Positions 26,994-37,140 of a stretch of DNA of 64,000 bases are shown piece by piece. The stretch comes from Candidatus Xenobia bacterium (GTDB lineage: Bacteria > Vulcanimicrobiota > Xenobia > Xenobiales > QWHO01). The DNA lies in NCBI GenBank assembly GCA_045863235.1, contig BTUM01000038.1:1-64000 (forward strand), given 5' to 3'. The translations under genes and the position numbers were made by a program. The notes under the pieces were generated by a model. The model had not been told where the DNA came from and searched no databases. It worked only from the letters and a program-made list of their open reading frames with translations. How positions within the stretch are numbered: position 1 is the stretch's first letter; the number at the start of each line of letters is the position of its first letter.

Positions 26994-28763
26994 ATGGGTT
27001 GGAACGTCATCGGATGGATCAAGGAGCGCTTTGGGGGCACCCCGCCCCCGCCCCCGCCTCCGCCTGCTCCCCCGGCACCGGCACCCCGACCGGAGATGCC
27101 TGCGGACCGGTTTGCGCCCGCGCTCGACCCCGAGAATCCGGTGGGTCAGGTGGGGCTGGCGGCCATCCAGGCCTGCCGCACGGCATCCGACCGCCAGCAG
27201 CTGCAGGTGGCCTTTGGTGCCGTGGCGGCCGGCTTCCAGGGGGGAGCCCTGGGCCCGGCCGTGGCCCGGGCTTACCTCAAAGCCTACAACGATGGGATGA
27301 GCAAGGCGGGCTATGCCGACGGCGTGCGGGGCGGGCTCACCTGCCTGGCCGGGCTGGAGCCGGTCGATTCGCCCGCCGAGCTGGTGGCCTCCTGTGGGGC
27401 CGCCTCGCTGGGCTCGGGCAACACCGAGGAACGCTGCAAACTGGCCCACGCTTTCTCGCAATCTCTCTCACAAAGTGAGCAACCGTTGAAGGGCCTGGTC
27501 CGAGCTTATCGGAGCGCGGCCTCGGCCGGCTTGAGCTGGGAGTATTACGACAGCTCGCTTCTGGCTGGCTGGCAGCGGCTCGGGCGCCACGGCGATCCTC
27601 AGACGGCCGAGTTTGCTCGCTCCATGGGCAAGGTGCAGAAGGCCGCTGACCCGGGTCGCGACCGCGGCCGCATCGGCAGCCACGCCCTGGACGAGCTGGA
27701 GGGGGAGACGCCGGGTCGCCGCCTGGCCGGGTTGCTCGACAGGGCGGCCAACGAAGGGATGTCCTGGCAGAGCTTTCGAGCTTCCTCGCTGCAAGCTTTT
27801 CGCGAGCTGGAGAAGAGCTCGCAGGCGCCCGCCGACGAGCGCGATCTGGCGGCCGTGGCCCGCACCTGCCTCGAAGCCTGTAAGCACGACGAGAACGGGG
27901 GCAAGGTGGCCTGGAGCTTCCTCAAAGAGCTGCAGCGCGGGACCCCTGATCCGGGAGCCCGCCGCCTGGCCCGCACCCTGCTCGACGCCTCGGATCGCAG
28001 CCTGAGCTGGGAGAATTACTCCCGGGTCATTCGGGTGGGCCTGGAGGCGCTGGAGGCGGACGGTCCCGAGGCGGCCATTCTCGAGGCCGGCGCTCGCTCG
28101 ATGGACGCCTGCAAAAGCGATGTGGACCGGGGCAAGGTGGGTCGCAGCCTGATGCGCCAGCTGAGCCACCCCTTGAGTGGACCTCCTGAAGTCGCCGTGG
28201 CTCGCATGATGAGTGCTGCCTCCGACGAGAACATGTCCTGGGAAAGCTACGGCTCGGCCTGCGAGGCAGCCCTGACAAGCCTGCGAGGCTTTCCCCTGGA
28301 GGAGGACAGCCGGCTCTACCTGGAGGTAGCCTGCGCCAGCCTGGCGGGTGGCCGCAACGCCGAGGAGCGAGGCAAGCTTGGTCGGGCCTTCCTGGCCGGA
28401 CTGACCAGCCTGGACCCGGATCGTCCGGGGAAGGCTCTGGCCAGGGCCTTCCAGCAGGCTGCTCAGGACAATCTGTCCTGGGAGGGCTACGCCGACGCTT
28501 TGAAGGCTGGACTCTCGGCTCTGCGGGCCTCGGGCCGGGTGGGGGAATCTCTGGACGCCGCTCTGGCCGCGACCGGGACTGCACAGTCTCGGTGCCAGAG
28601 CTATCTTGCCGGCCTGGAGCGGATGGGCCCGCTGCTCGAGGCCCACGCCGAGGTGAAGAAGCTGGTCTCCAACCCGGCCTCACCGGGCGTGGAGGTTCGC
28701 GAGCAGCAGGTCACGGTGGGAGGCGTGCGCATCAAGGTGCGGCGCGAGGAGCCTTCTCCCTGA
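26994..28763 (+). CDS. Hypothetical alpha-helical repeat protein
   Basis: Pro-rich N-terminus; six repeats centred on [LM]SWExY; C-terminal VTVGGVRIKVRR. Confidence 0.75.
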   Translation: MGWNVIGWIKERFGGTPPPPPPPPAPPAPAPRPEMPADRFAPALDPENPVGQVGLAAIQACRTASDRQQLQVAFGAVAAGFQGGALGPAVARAYLKAYNDGMSKAGYADGVRGGLTCLAGLEPVDSPAELVASCGAASLGSGNTEERCKLAHAFSQSLSQSEQPLKGLVRAYRSAASAGLSWEYYDSSLLAGWQRLGRHGDPQTAEFARSMGKVQKAADPGRDRGRIGSHALDELEGETPGRRLAGLLDRAANEGMSWQSFRASSLQAFRELEKSSQAPADERDLAAVARTCLEACKHDENGGKVAWSFLKELQRGTPDPGARRLARTLLDASDRSLSWENYSRVIRVGLEALEADGPEAAILEAGARSMDACKSDVDRGKVGRSLMRQLSHPLSGPPEVAVARMMSAASDENMSWESYGSACEAALTSLRGFPLEEDSRLYLEVACASLAGGRNAEERGKLGRAFLAGLTSLDPDRPGKALARAFQQAAQDNLSWEGYADALKAGLSALRASGRVGESLDAALAATGTAQSRCQSYLAGLERMGPLLEAHAEVKKLVSNPASPGVEVREQQVTVGGVRIKVRREEPSP

Positions 28764-30513
28764 CCACTTCCCAGACCGGGGTGGTGCCGGTCTTGCCCTT
28801 GAAAGTCTCGTCGCCGAAGAAGTCGAGCTCGAAGTGGTCGCCCAGCCGTTCGCGGGTCGCCCCGCTGACCAGGATGAAGGTGTGCTTGCCGTCGCGCGAA
28901 CGGTCCTGAATGCGAGCCGCCAGGTTGACGGTGTCGCCCACCACGCCGTATTTGACCCGATCCTCGGCTCCGATCCACCCCTCCACCAGGTCTCCGGTGT
29001 GCAGCCCTACACCCATCTTGATCTTCTTGAGCGTCTCGTTCTCGGTCTTCTGGCGCAGCCGCTCCAGGCTGGCCTGCATGTCCAGGGCGGCCCGCACCGC
29101 CAGCACGCTCGATGGCACTCCCTCGCGGTCGTGAAAGACGGCCAGGATAGCGTCCCCGATGTACTCGTTGATATCGCCGTGATGAGCTTTGAGAGCCAGG
29201 GACATGTCCTGCAGATACTCGTTGAGGAGCTCCACCACCGCGGTGGGGGAGAGCTTCTCGCTCATCGACGTGAAGCCGCGCAGGTCGCTGAACATGATGG
29301 TGGCCTCGATCCACTCCCCGCCCAGCTTGATCTGGCTGTCTTTCTCGATCTCACGCCGGGCGCCCTCGGGAGCCAGCTTGCGGAAAGCCTCCCGCTCTCG
29401 CAGGCCACCGGTCATGTGATTGAAGGCCGCGGCCAGCTGCGCCACCTCGTCTTGTCCCTCGACGACCGCCTGCTGCTCCAGGTCGCCCCGGCCCACCCTC
29501 TCCATCTGGTCGGCCAGCCGCTCGATGGGGCGGGTGACCGCGGCGGCCAGCCGGCGGGAGAGAAGAAGCCCGGCGCCAAGGGCGAGGATTCCCAGCGCCC
29601 CGACCGAGACCATCAAGCCGGCCACTTGAGCCCGCACCCAGCCCAGGTCGCGCAGGAAAAAGACCTGGCCGGCCTGGCCCAGAGGCAGCGAGTTGACCAG
29701 GTAGTGCTTTGGCCCTGCGAAGAGCTCGGTCGTGCGCTCGCTCAGCCGGCTCGCAAGCGTCTCGAGCCAATCGGGGGAAACGGGGATGGGTTCGCCGGAG
29801 GAAGAGGACTCGACTCCTGACAGGATTTTCAGTCCGCCCGGGGTACGCGCGGCCAGGACCATCGTGCAGCCGGCCGGAGCCGGCAGGTTGCTCAGCTTGT
29901 AGCCTTGCACCACCAGCCCGTTGGCCACCTTGTGCGTCTCGCTCACGCTTGTGGTGAGGGGCACCAGGGTCAGCATGTAGAGCTCTCCGTCCACCAGCAG
30001 ATAGTCCAGTCGGGGTTTCAGCTCACCCAGAGCGACATCGAGCAGCCAGCGAGGCAGCTCGAGCTGTTTGCGGCCCAGCTCCGGATCCACCCAGGGCCGG
30101 CGTAGCTCGATGACGGTGCGCGCCTTATCGGGGCTGGGAACGTCCACCAGCATCAGCAGCTCGGCCCCTTGCTCGCTGGTGACGAACGAGCTGGCTTCGT
30201 CGGCCAGGGTGTAGAAGGAGGCCTCGTAATCAGCCTCGGAGCCGGCCTTGTCTCGATAAAGCTTCTCGTTGGCGCGCCAGAGACGGATCTCGCCGTCCTG
30301 GCCGAACTGCTCGCCGCTGAAGCTGTAGGCCAGAAAGTGGGGTTGGAGCATCTTCAGGAACTCGGCCGGGGCCTGAGCCAGGCTCTCACGCAGCTGGTAG
30401 GAGTAGCCCTGGTAGCTCTTGACCCCGACCAGCGCCGTGGTGGAAGCGATGAGAGCCACCAGGAGCAGTCCGATTGCGCCGCCCAGCCGGTCGCGCAGGC
30501 GGCGGGACTTCAC
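28732..30513 (-). CDS. Membrane adenylate/guanylate cyclase with HAMP domain
   Basis: Two TM segments, HAMP, FSDLRGFT, IGDAILAVF, GVGLHTG, GDTVNLAARIQ. Confidence 0.9.
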   Translation of the reverse strand: MKSRRLRDRLGGAIGLLLVALIASTTALVGVKSYQGYSYQLRESLAQAPAEFLKMLQPHFLAYSFSGEQFGQDGEIRLWRANEKLYRDKAGSEADYEASFYTLADEASSFVTSEQGAELLMLVDVPSPDKARTVIELRRPWVDPELGRKQLELPRWLLDVALGELKPRLDYLLVDGELYMLTLVPLTTSVSETHKVANGLVVQGYKLSNLPAPAGCTMVLAARTPGGLKILSGVESSSSGEPIPVSPDWLETLASRLSERTTELFAGPKHYLVNSLPLGQAGQVFFLRDLGWVRAQVAGLMVSVGALGILALGAGLLLSRRLAAAVTRPIERLADQMERVGRGDLEQQAVVEGQDEVAQLAAAFNHMTGGLREREAFRKLAPEGARREIEKDSQIKLGGEWIEATIMFSDLRGFTSMSEKLSPTAVVELLNEYLQDMSLALKAHHGDINEYIGDAILAVFHDREGVPSSVLAVRAALDMQASLERLRQKTENETLKKIKMGVGLHTGDLVEGWIGAEDRVKYGVVGDTVNLAARIQDRSRDGKHTFILVSGATRERLGDHFELDFFGDETFKGKTGTTPVWEVVREKAPRAAP

Positions 30514-31196
30514 TTCAGGACGATGTCCTTGACCAGCTTCCCTTCCCCCACGGTGATCTCGCCCAGAGTGAAGAGCCTGGGCGTGGTGCGGGGATGCCAG
30601 GCCTTGAGCGTGTAAGTGCCCGGCGGTACACCCGGGATGGAGAACGTGCCCGTTTCATCGGCCGTGTCGAAGCACCGGTTGGGCAGCACCACGACAAAGG
30701 CGTTCATCTGGGAATGAATGCCGCAGAACAGCTCGATCACGGTGGGCACCTTGCCCCCCTGGATGCTGAAGGTCTTGGACTGGGGATTACCCTTGCGGTA
30801 TCGCGGAAACTCGAAGCTCGGAGCAGTCGAGTATACGTGGTGAAAGATCGGGTCTCCGTTGGGGAACTCGACCTTGCTGCCGCTCACGATGGGCAGCACG
30901 TGGGGCCGAAAGATCTTCGACTGCTGGTCCATAGTGGCTCCCCTGGGAGTGGCCGGCAGCCCTTTGCCTTCCAGGAAGACGACCACGTTGGCCACTTCCT
31001 GAGTGACCCCGGTGCCTCCGTTGCCCCCTTTGCGGGCCACCTCCAGCTCGGCCGAGGTGTAGACGTCGTCCACATTGCGGCGGCCAGGCGGTGTTTTGGT
31101 GGTCTGGGCCTGCAGGGTCACCTTTCCGGTAATCTCGCCGGCCTGCACCTTCGTAGCCATCAGGGCCGCGAGAAGCAGCATCGAGAGAATTCGCAT
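30510..31196 (-). CDS. Exported cupredoxin-like / carboxypeptidase-regulatory-like domain protein
   Basis: Signal peptide; MDQQSKIFRPHV, FPNGDPIFHHVYS, LFCGIHSQM, PPGTYTLKAWHP. Confidence 0.75.
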   Translation of the reverse strand: MRILSMLLLAALMATKVQAGEITGKVTLQAQTTKTPPGRRNVDDVYTSAELEVARKGGNGGTGVTQEVANVVVFLEGKGLPATPRGATMDQQSKIFRPHVLPIVSGSKVEFPNGDPIFHHVYSTAPSFEFPRYRKGNPQSKTFSIQGGKVPTVIELFCGIHSQMNAFVVVLPNRCFDTADETGTFSIPGVPPGTYTLKAWHPRTTPRLFTLGEITVGEGKLVKDIVLK

Positions 31197-31331
31197 CAGC
31201 ATCCCTTCCCAGCTTTGCCCTCCTTCCCTGCCAGGGGAGGACATCGGCGCCGGGCTCAAGAAACAAACCTGAACCTGAATTCAATTCAAAGAATTGAGGG
31301 AGGGCATTCAAGTCTCCAGGAGGGGTTCTCG

Positions 31332-33992
31332 GTGAACAAGACGATTCTCGGGCTGGCGCTCGCGGCCACGCTGTCCACCTCGGTATTGGCGGCCCCTCTC
31401 TTTCCGGACGTGCCCGACAATCACTGGGCCAGAGACGCTGTGGCGGCCCTGGCCGCCAAGGGTCTGGTCGAAGGTTACCCTGACGGCACGTTCAAAGGCG
31501 ACCGGGCGGCCTCGCGCTGGGAGGTGGCCATGATCGTGGCTCGTCTGCTGGCCAAAATGGAGCAAGAGCACGCCACCTTCGCCACCAAAGCCGAGTTGGA
31601 GGAGCTGCGCAAGCTGGTCGAGGCCCTGCGCGAGGAGTTGAACGCGTTGGGCGTGCGGGTCACCAATCTCGAGGAGAATACGGCCCGCATCGACAAGCGC
31701 GTCACCGAGCTCGAGCGGGTGACTTTCTACGGCAACATCACCGTCCGGGCAGGCACGCAGAACTTCAAGAACGTGGGCAGCGCCCAGAGCGATCCCACTG
31801 CGCCGCTGGTCAACTACCAGGCAGCCGTGGGCACGGTGGTCGGTGCCGGCGACGTGGTGCCCGGGACGGGCGCCAACTTCGATCCCTTTACTTTCGGCGT
31901 GTTGCCGGTGGTCAACTGGGGCAAGGGCACTCCTCTGACCAGCGGCCAGACCTTCACCAGCGACATGCGCCTGGGCATGAAGGTCAAGGTCTCCGACGAC
32001 ATCCGAGGCGAGATCGAGTTCGCCGCCTACACCGCCCAGGGCGACGCGCTGGTGGACGTCTACTACGGCACCCCGGCCTCCTATCTGCTCAATCCCTTCA
32101 CCGCCCTCTCCACGGTCACCGGCGGGCTGGCCGGCACGCAGCCGGTCAATCACCGGCCCTTCACTCGCATGGTGCTCGATCACGTCTGGCTGCGCCATGA
32201 GCCGAGCCGCACCGAGTTGACGCTTGGAACCTTCCTCAACACCGACTACGACCCGCTGGTCTACGTGCCGATGATCAACCCGGGCGCCTTCGGGCCCAAG
32301 TATCTGGGCAGCTACGGCGCTCAGGTGCGCGGCCAGGTGACCCTGGACGGCGAGGTGGACTCGGACGGCAACGAGACCCGCTACACCTGGATGGATTACG
32401 AGGTGATGGGCACCGTGTTGCCCGACCGCAACGGCGGGGTAGGTGGCGCCGGTTACTTCAACCACGCCGAGGGAGCCAACGTTGGGTTCAATTTCCACGA
32501 CCGGCGCGGTCGGGCCCGGCTCAACTTCCTGCACGCCGGCAACGACGCCTCGGGCGGCGCGGCCCTGCAGACTGGCCTGATCACCAACGTCAATCCCGGC
32601 TTCCTGACGCCCTGGGTCAACCCCAACGGCTTCTACGCCGGGCAGGTGGGCGCCCCCGGCTCGGCCGTCATCGCCGGCATCGGCTCGGTGACCGACGTGC
32701 GGCCGGTTCCCATGCCGGCCGCTTTCGACGGTTTCAGCGGGACGCCGGGCCTGGCCAACTTTGGCAACGTCGGCCCGCAAGACCAGACCATGCTGGGCGC
32801 CAGCCTGAAGTATGTCTTCGACCACGAGGCAAAGCCGTTTCTGGGGGCCGAGGTCGGTTTCAGCGATTATCGACCCCAGAAGAACTCGGGCTACACGACC
32901 TCGGGTGAGGCCTGGCGCATTCGGGCCGGGGCCGAGCTGCTCGACGGCGACCTCAACCTGGAGGCCGAGTATCTCTCGGTCGCCCCGCGTTATGACCCGT
33001 TTGTTCTGCAAATCCCTCGGGTTGGGGGCATCGGCCTCAATCACTGGCGCCCCTTCGACCTCAACCAGTACGGCAATCTCTACAGCCTGCACGACACCGA
33101 GCTCTTCCCCCACAACCGCGAAGGGTTCCGCTTCTCGGGTGACTGGGTCTTTGCTCGTTCGGACGAGGCCCGGGGCCAGATGACTCTTGGCCGGTTCTTC
33201 CTCAAGTATGCCAACCTGACCCAGCACACCACCTCGCTGCAGGATGTCCGCTTCTCGACCGGCTCCCTGGGCGGCGGGGTGCCCAATTCGTTCGTTCTTG
33301 GATTCTCACCCGGCTTTGTCGAGCCGGCCTTCGGGGCCCTGTCCATCCTGACGTTCACGCCTGATGCCAGCGGAAACCTCATTGGGAACGTGCTCGAGAA
33401 TCCCAGCGGTCGCATGGAAGGTTTGCAGGCGGGCATCTCCTACAAGTTCTTGTTTGACTCGTCCGAGGACAAAGACCCTTCCTCGCTTGGCATCACGCCC
33501 TCATTCCAGTTCCGGCGTAACAACTTCTTCCGTAACAGCAGCCTGGCGTCTTTGCGCCCGGGTTTTGCCGGTATCATGGGCGAGAACCAGAACTTCCAGG
33601 ACTACACCTACCAGCTGATTCACGGCCAGCTCGACTACGACGCCAGTGAGACGGTCGTGCTTCGGCTGGGATACGACCAGTACGACCTGTTTGGCCACTG
33701 GGATCCGTACGGCACCTACGGAACCTATGCTGCGACCACCGGCCTGACGCGTTTCACCAACCTCGATACCACCATGGCCAACCCGTTCGTGGGTCTGGAC
33801 TGGCAGATCGAGGAGAACACCAGCGTCAGCTTCGAGGGTCGCTACTACTCCACGCGCGACCACGTGCCGGCCAGCGTCTTCCCCACGCCCAGCTTCCCGG
33901 GCACCAACCTGCTCTTGCCCGCCCAGCGCTCGGCTCATCCCTTCAACTGGGAAGGCTTCCAGCTGACGACCGCGTTCAACTTCCGCTTCTAA
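31332..33992 (+). CDS. S-layer homology (SLH) domain surface / outer-membrane protein
   Basis: Signal peptide; FPDVPDNHWARDAV..L..KGLVEGYPDGTFKGDRAASRWE; coiled coil; beta-strand-rich body ending in Phe. Confidence 0.9.
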   Translation: MNKTILGLALAATLSTSVLAAPLFPDVPDNHWARDAVAALAAKGLVEGYPDGTFKGDRAASRWEVAMIVARLLAKMEQEHATFATKAELEELRKLVEALREELNALGVRVTNLEENTARIDKRVTELERVTFYGNITVRAGTQNFKNVGSAQSDPTAPLVNYQAAVGTVVGAGDVVPGTGANFDPFTFGVLPVVNWGKGTPLTSGQTFTSDMRLGMKVKVSDDIRGEIEFAAYTAQGDALVDVYYGTPASYLLNPFTALSTVTGGLAGTQPVNHRPFTRMVLDHVWLRHEPSRTELTLGTFLNTDYDPLVYVPMINPGAFGPKYLGSYGAQVRGQVTLDGEVDSDGNETRYTWMDYEVMGTVLPDRNGGVGGAGYFNHAEGANVGFNFHDRRGRARLNFLHAGNDASGGAALQTGLITNVNPGFLTPWVNPNGFYAGQVGAPGSAVIAGIGSVTDVRPVPMPAAFDGFSGTPGLANFGNVGPQDQTMLGASLKYVFDHEAKPFLGAEVGFSDYRPQKNSGYTTSGEAWRIRAGAELLDGDLNLEAEYLSVAPRYDPFVLQIPRVGGIGLNHWRPFDLNQYGNLYSLHDTELFPHNREGFRFSGDWVFARSDEARGQMTLGRFFLKYANLTQHTTSLQDVRFSTGSLGGGVPNSFVLGFSPGFVEPAFGALSILTFTPDASGNLIGNVLENPSGRMEGLQAGISYKFLFDSSEDKDPSSLGITPSFQFRRNNFFRNSSLASLRPGFAGIMGENQNFQDYTYQLIHGQLDYDASETVVLRLGYDQYDLFGHWDPYGTYGTYAATTGLTRFTNLDTTMANPFVGLDWQIEENTSVSFEGRYYSTRDHVPASVFPTPSFPGTNLLLPAQRSAHPFNWEGFQLTTAFNFRF

Positions 33993-34075
33993 AGTGCAAG
34001 GCCTCTGGTCTTGCACTTTACAGCGCGTTCGTCAGATTGTGCTCTAATGTGCAAGACCAAAGTGCGAGCACATTA
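33989..34075 (+). repeat. Dispersed palindromic REP/MITE-like repeat, copy 1
   Basis: CTAAAGTGCAAGGCC...TTGCACTTTA, then GCGCGTTCGTCAGAT, then CTAATGTGCAAGACCAAAGTGCGAGCACATTA; matches 53007-53114. Confidence 0.85.
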
Positions 34076-34194
34076 AATCGTCGCTGCTCGACGTTCTGAC
34101 GAGCGGGCTGGCCTCTGAGCTTGGGGGACGTCCCTGGTTTGGACGCCAGGACTTGATCCGGCCACAAGAGGGCCTGCCCGGACCCTCGAGCGAA

Positions 34195-34788
34195 ATGACG
34201 ACTATGGCGCTCATCAATGCCAGACCTCGACCCTTCACCGTCCAAGAGTATGCCCGGATGGGCGAAGCCGGCGTCTTTCGCCTCGGCGAGCGCGTGGAGT
34301 TGATCGAGGGGGAGATCGTTTCTGTACGTCCTCACAATCTGCCTCACGGCGACCGTATCATGAAACTGAACACTCGCTTCGTGCGCGCCTTCGGGGAGAC
34401 TCATTTCGTGCGGGTGCAACTTCCCCTGACGCTGGGCGACAGGAGTGAGCCCGAGCCGGACTTCGCCGTGGTATCCCCCGAGCAGGCTCAGATGGGTCCT
34501 CGGCATCCCCCGACGGCCGACCTGGTGGTCGAGATTGCCGACACTTCTCTGTCCTATGACCGCGCCGAGAAGGCCAGTCTCTACGCCCGCGCCAAGGTCC
34601 CCGAATACTGGCTGCTGAACCTTGTCGACGGCAGGCTGGAGGTGCGCACCCGGCCGGATCCCGAGCCGGAAGCGATCTTCGGCTGGGGATATCGCGAGCT
34701 GACCATTCTGTCGCCGGGGCAGGGGATTGCCCCTGGTTTCAGCCCCGACACCCGTTTCACAGTTTCCGAGTTGCTCGGAGAACCCTGA
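34195..34788 (+). CDS. Uma2 (DUF820) family PD-(D/E)xK endonuclease-like protein
   Basis: FTVQEYARM, ELIEGEI, SEPEPDFAVV, LVVEIADTSLSYDR..K..LYA...VPEYW. Confidence 0.92.
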   Translation: MTTMALINARPRPFTVQEYARMGEAGVFRLGERVELIEGEIVSVRPHNLPHGDRIMKLNTRFVRAFGETHFVRVQLPLTLGDRSEPEPDFAVVSPEQAQMGPRHPPTADLVVEIADTSLSYDRAEKASLYARAKVPEYWLLNLVDGRLEVRTRPDPEPEAIFGWGYRELTILSPGQGIAPGFSPDTRFTVSELLGEP

Positions 34789-35183
34789 CCAGCGTCTCAG
34801 AAGCGCTTGCGCACGAGCTTGACCCGGGGATTCGGCTTCTTCCAGGCCGCTGGCCGGAGGAAGTGACTGGGCCAGCGAGCCCATCCATCGGCCCAGTCGG
34901 GTGGCACGGCGCATCGGCCAGGCAACTCCCTCGGCCATCTGCCGGAGCACGTCCAGGCAGCTTGCCCAACGCGAGGTGCGTCGCAAGGTCAGGCCCCTGA
35001 CTGAACATGCCTCCACTCGCCTGGAGCACCTGGCTGGACCGGGTTCGAAGTGCCTCCCCTTCGAGGAGGACCGTCTCTGGTCCTGACGCCAGCACCCTGG
35101 CCGGCCGCGTGGTACTGGCCCTGGAGGTCCTGACCGAGGATCAGGGGCGGTGCGGCCTCCCGATCCGCCTTCACGGCGCGCTG

Positions 35184-36578
35184 CTAGGGCGGGGGTGTAG
35201 GCGATGCGTCAACAGGCGAGGGAAGCTGCGCCGGAGGAGTGACGGCATCCTGGCAGTCCTTGATGACGAAACTGACCTCGACGCTCTGGCCATCCACGGT
35301 GAAGCGGAAAGTGTCCGTCGTACCAGGCGTGGACCCCAGCGGGGCCGAGAAGGTAAGATCGCGGTCTGCAAGGTAGCTCGGGTATCGTGTGCCCGAGCCG
35401 GGCACGAAGGTGATCGGGTCGTAGTGGCGCAGTTCCAGGCCGCCTGGTCCGGAAAAGAGACCTCTGCTGGTCAACAAGCCGTCGATCTCTTCGCTCGTCC
35501 GGTCGACGAAAGTCATCCCAAAATTCCCGTTGTTGTGCACCACGAAAGCGATTGTCTCGCCCGGACACAGCTCCAGGGTCGTCTCTCCGGTGGCCATGGT
35601 GATGGCTCCCTGGATGTCCACCGAGAGGTCGCCAATCTGGACTTGCTGGCACGAGCGGCCCTTGTGGTTGTCCGGGCAGGAGAGATGGCTCGAGGGATTG
35701 AGCGGACCCGAGAGAAACGTTGCACTATAGTCCTTGATGAGAGGCGCAAATGGCGCAATGATCGCATTGTACTCAATGTCGCTGAAGGCGTTCTCGTTGG
35801 GACAGGCACCTCTTTTGACATACTCGTTACAGGTGCTGCCCAGGTAGGCAAAATACTTGTTGCTGGTCACAGCGCTGAGCGGGCCGTTCTTGTCCTCACA
35901 GATCAAGCCGCTTTTGCTCCTGCCCGGGTAGGTACCGCGGGGGCCGGTGGTGATGTCGGTCGGAACGGCCCGTCGCCGAGTGGGAGATGCGCAGAGCTCG
36001 TCTTGGCGGGGTTGCTCCACGAACCCGTCGGGGACCAGCTCGGGAGGAGGCTCGAGGCCGGTGCAATTTCCGTCCTCGCGGGCGCTCATTCCGCACGGAC
36101 CCGGGAAGGCGAGCGGAATGACCAGATGTTGGGCCGAAGCGGCCTCGGGGGACAGCTGGTGGACGAAGAATCTGGTGAAGAGCCGCGTATCGCTGGGATG
36201 TCGGAGGAAGCCTTCCGAGGGGCTGCCGGGCCCAACTGTCAACTCGAAGAAACCCGCGCCGTCAGTCCGGGTGACCGTGTCTCCGAACTCGACGCTCCAG
36301 AAGTCGGCCGGGGACCGCTCTTGCACGATAATCGAGCCGTCGGTGGCAACCTTGTCGCCCTGGGCCTCGAGTTGGGCCCGGTTGGCCGCCACCTCTTGCC
36401 GGTCAGCCTGGTCCACCACGATGATCGGCTGGAGGCTCACGCGGCCAAAAAGCTGCCGAGGCCCATCAGGAAGCAGATTCGGTGTGGTTACAGGCCCCCC
36501 GCCGGGGCCGTCCCCCGAACAGCTCAAAAGGACGGCAGCGGCGATCAAGAGCAAGAACAGAAAGCGAAGATAATGCAT
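35184..36578 (-). CDS. Hypothetical Cys-rich lipoprotein
   Basis: Lipobox-like LLSC after a hydrophobic stretch; multiple Cys. Confidence 0.65.
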   Translation of the reverse strand: MHYLRFLFLLLIAAAVLLSCSGDGPGGGPVTTPNLLPDGPRQLFGRVSLQPIIVVDQADRQEVAANRAQLEAQGDKVATDGSIIVQERSPADFWSVEFGDTVTRTDGAGFFELTVGPGSPSEGFLRHPSDTRLFTRFFVHQLSPEAASAQHLVIPLAFPGPCGMSAREDGNCTGLEPPPELVPDGFVEQPRQDELCASPTRRRAVPTDITTGPRGTYPGRSKSGLICEDKNGPLSAVTSNKYFAYLGSTCNEYVKRGACPNENAFSDIEYNAIIAPFAPLIKDYSATFLSGPLNPSSHLSCPDNHKGRSCQQVQIGDLSVDIQGAITMATGETTLELCPGETIAFVVHNNGNFGMTFVDRTSEEIDGLLTSRGLFSGPGGLELRHYDPITFVPGSGTRYPSYLADRDLTFSAPLGSTPGTTDTFRFTVDGQSVEVSFVIKDCQDAVTPPAQLPSPVDASPTPPP

Positions 36579-36712
36579 GTCCCCTCCCCTCGGCCGATCC
36601 CAGGAGTATCGCTTGCACTCAGGGGAGTTTTTCGTCCTTCGACAAAATTAGAGCCTGGCCTGTCTTTCCTGGGCGAGTCCGGAACTGACTCCGAAGGTCG
36701 CCGAACGGCTGG

Positions 36713-37140
36713 GTGCGTTAAGTCGGCAATCTTCCTTTGCTCGTGTTTCTCTACTCCGGGTGCGGGGGCGCGGACCCGCTCTCCGGCTTGCAGGCCCCGG
36801 CCTGGGAAATGGCTCACCCGAAGCTTCCCGGGAAGCCTTCCAGCTCGCCCTCGAGACGGAGGGCGGCTACGGCTCGGAGACCCGCGCCTACTATGCGATC
36901 ATCGCAGCCGCCACCGCGCTCAACCCGGCCAATCGCCACCTGGCCGCGGCTATGTTCTATCAGGCTCTCATCCCCGGTCGAGGAAATGAACCAGCCATAT
37001 TCGAACATCCGGCCGAGCCGTTCATGGTCGGGGATCGGTGGGCTGGATCACAGTTCGGGCCCCTGCAGGGTGCTATAGTCCCCACCAGAGCCCGACCGGG
37101 CTCAATCGAACAGGGGAGTTCGTGTGATGCGTCATTTTGA
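36713..37140 (+). pseudogene. Possible degraded lipoprotein gene
   Basis: GTG 36713, in-frame TAA at 36719, LLVFLYSGC lipobox-like segment; codon-biased reading continues only after a frameshift near 36820. Confidence 0.3.

Noticed and set aside
34195..34788. Uma2 protein as the mobiliser of the adjacent palindromic repeat or as a defence system
   Set aside because: Only one of three repeat copies is next to it, Uma2 genes are common stand-alone paralogues, and no partner genes are present.
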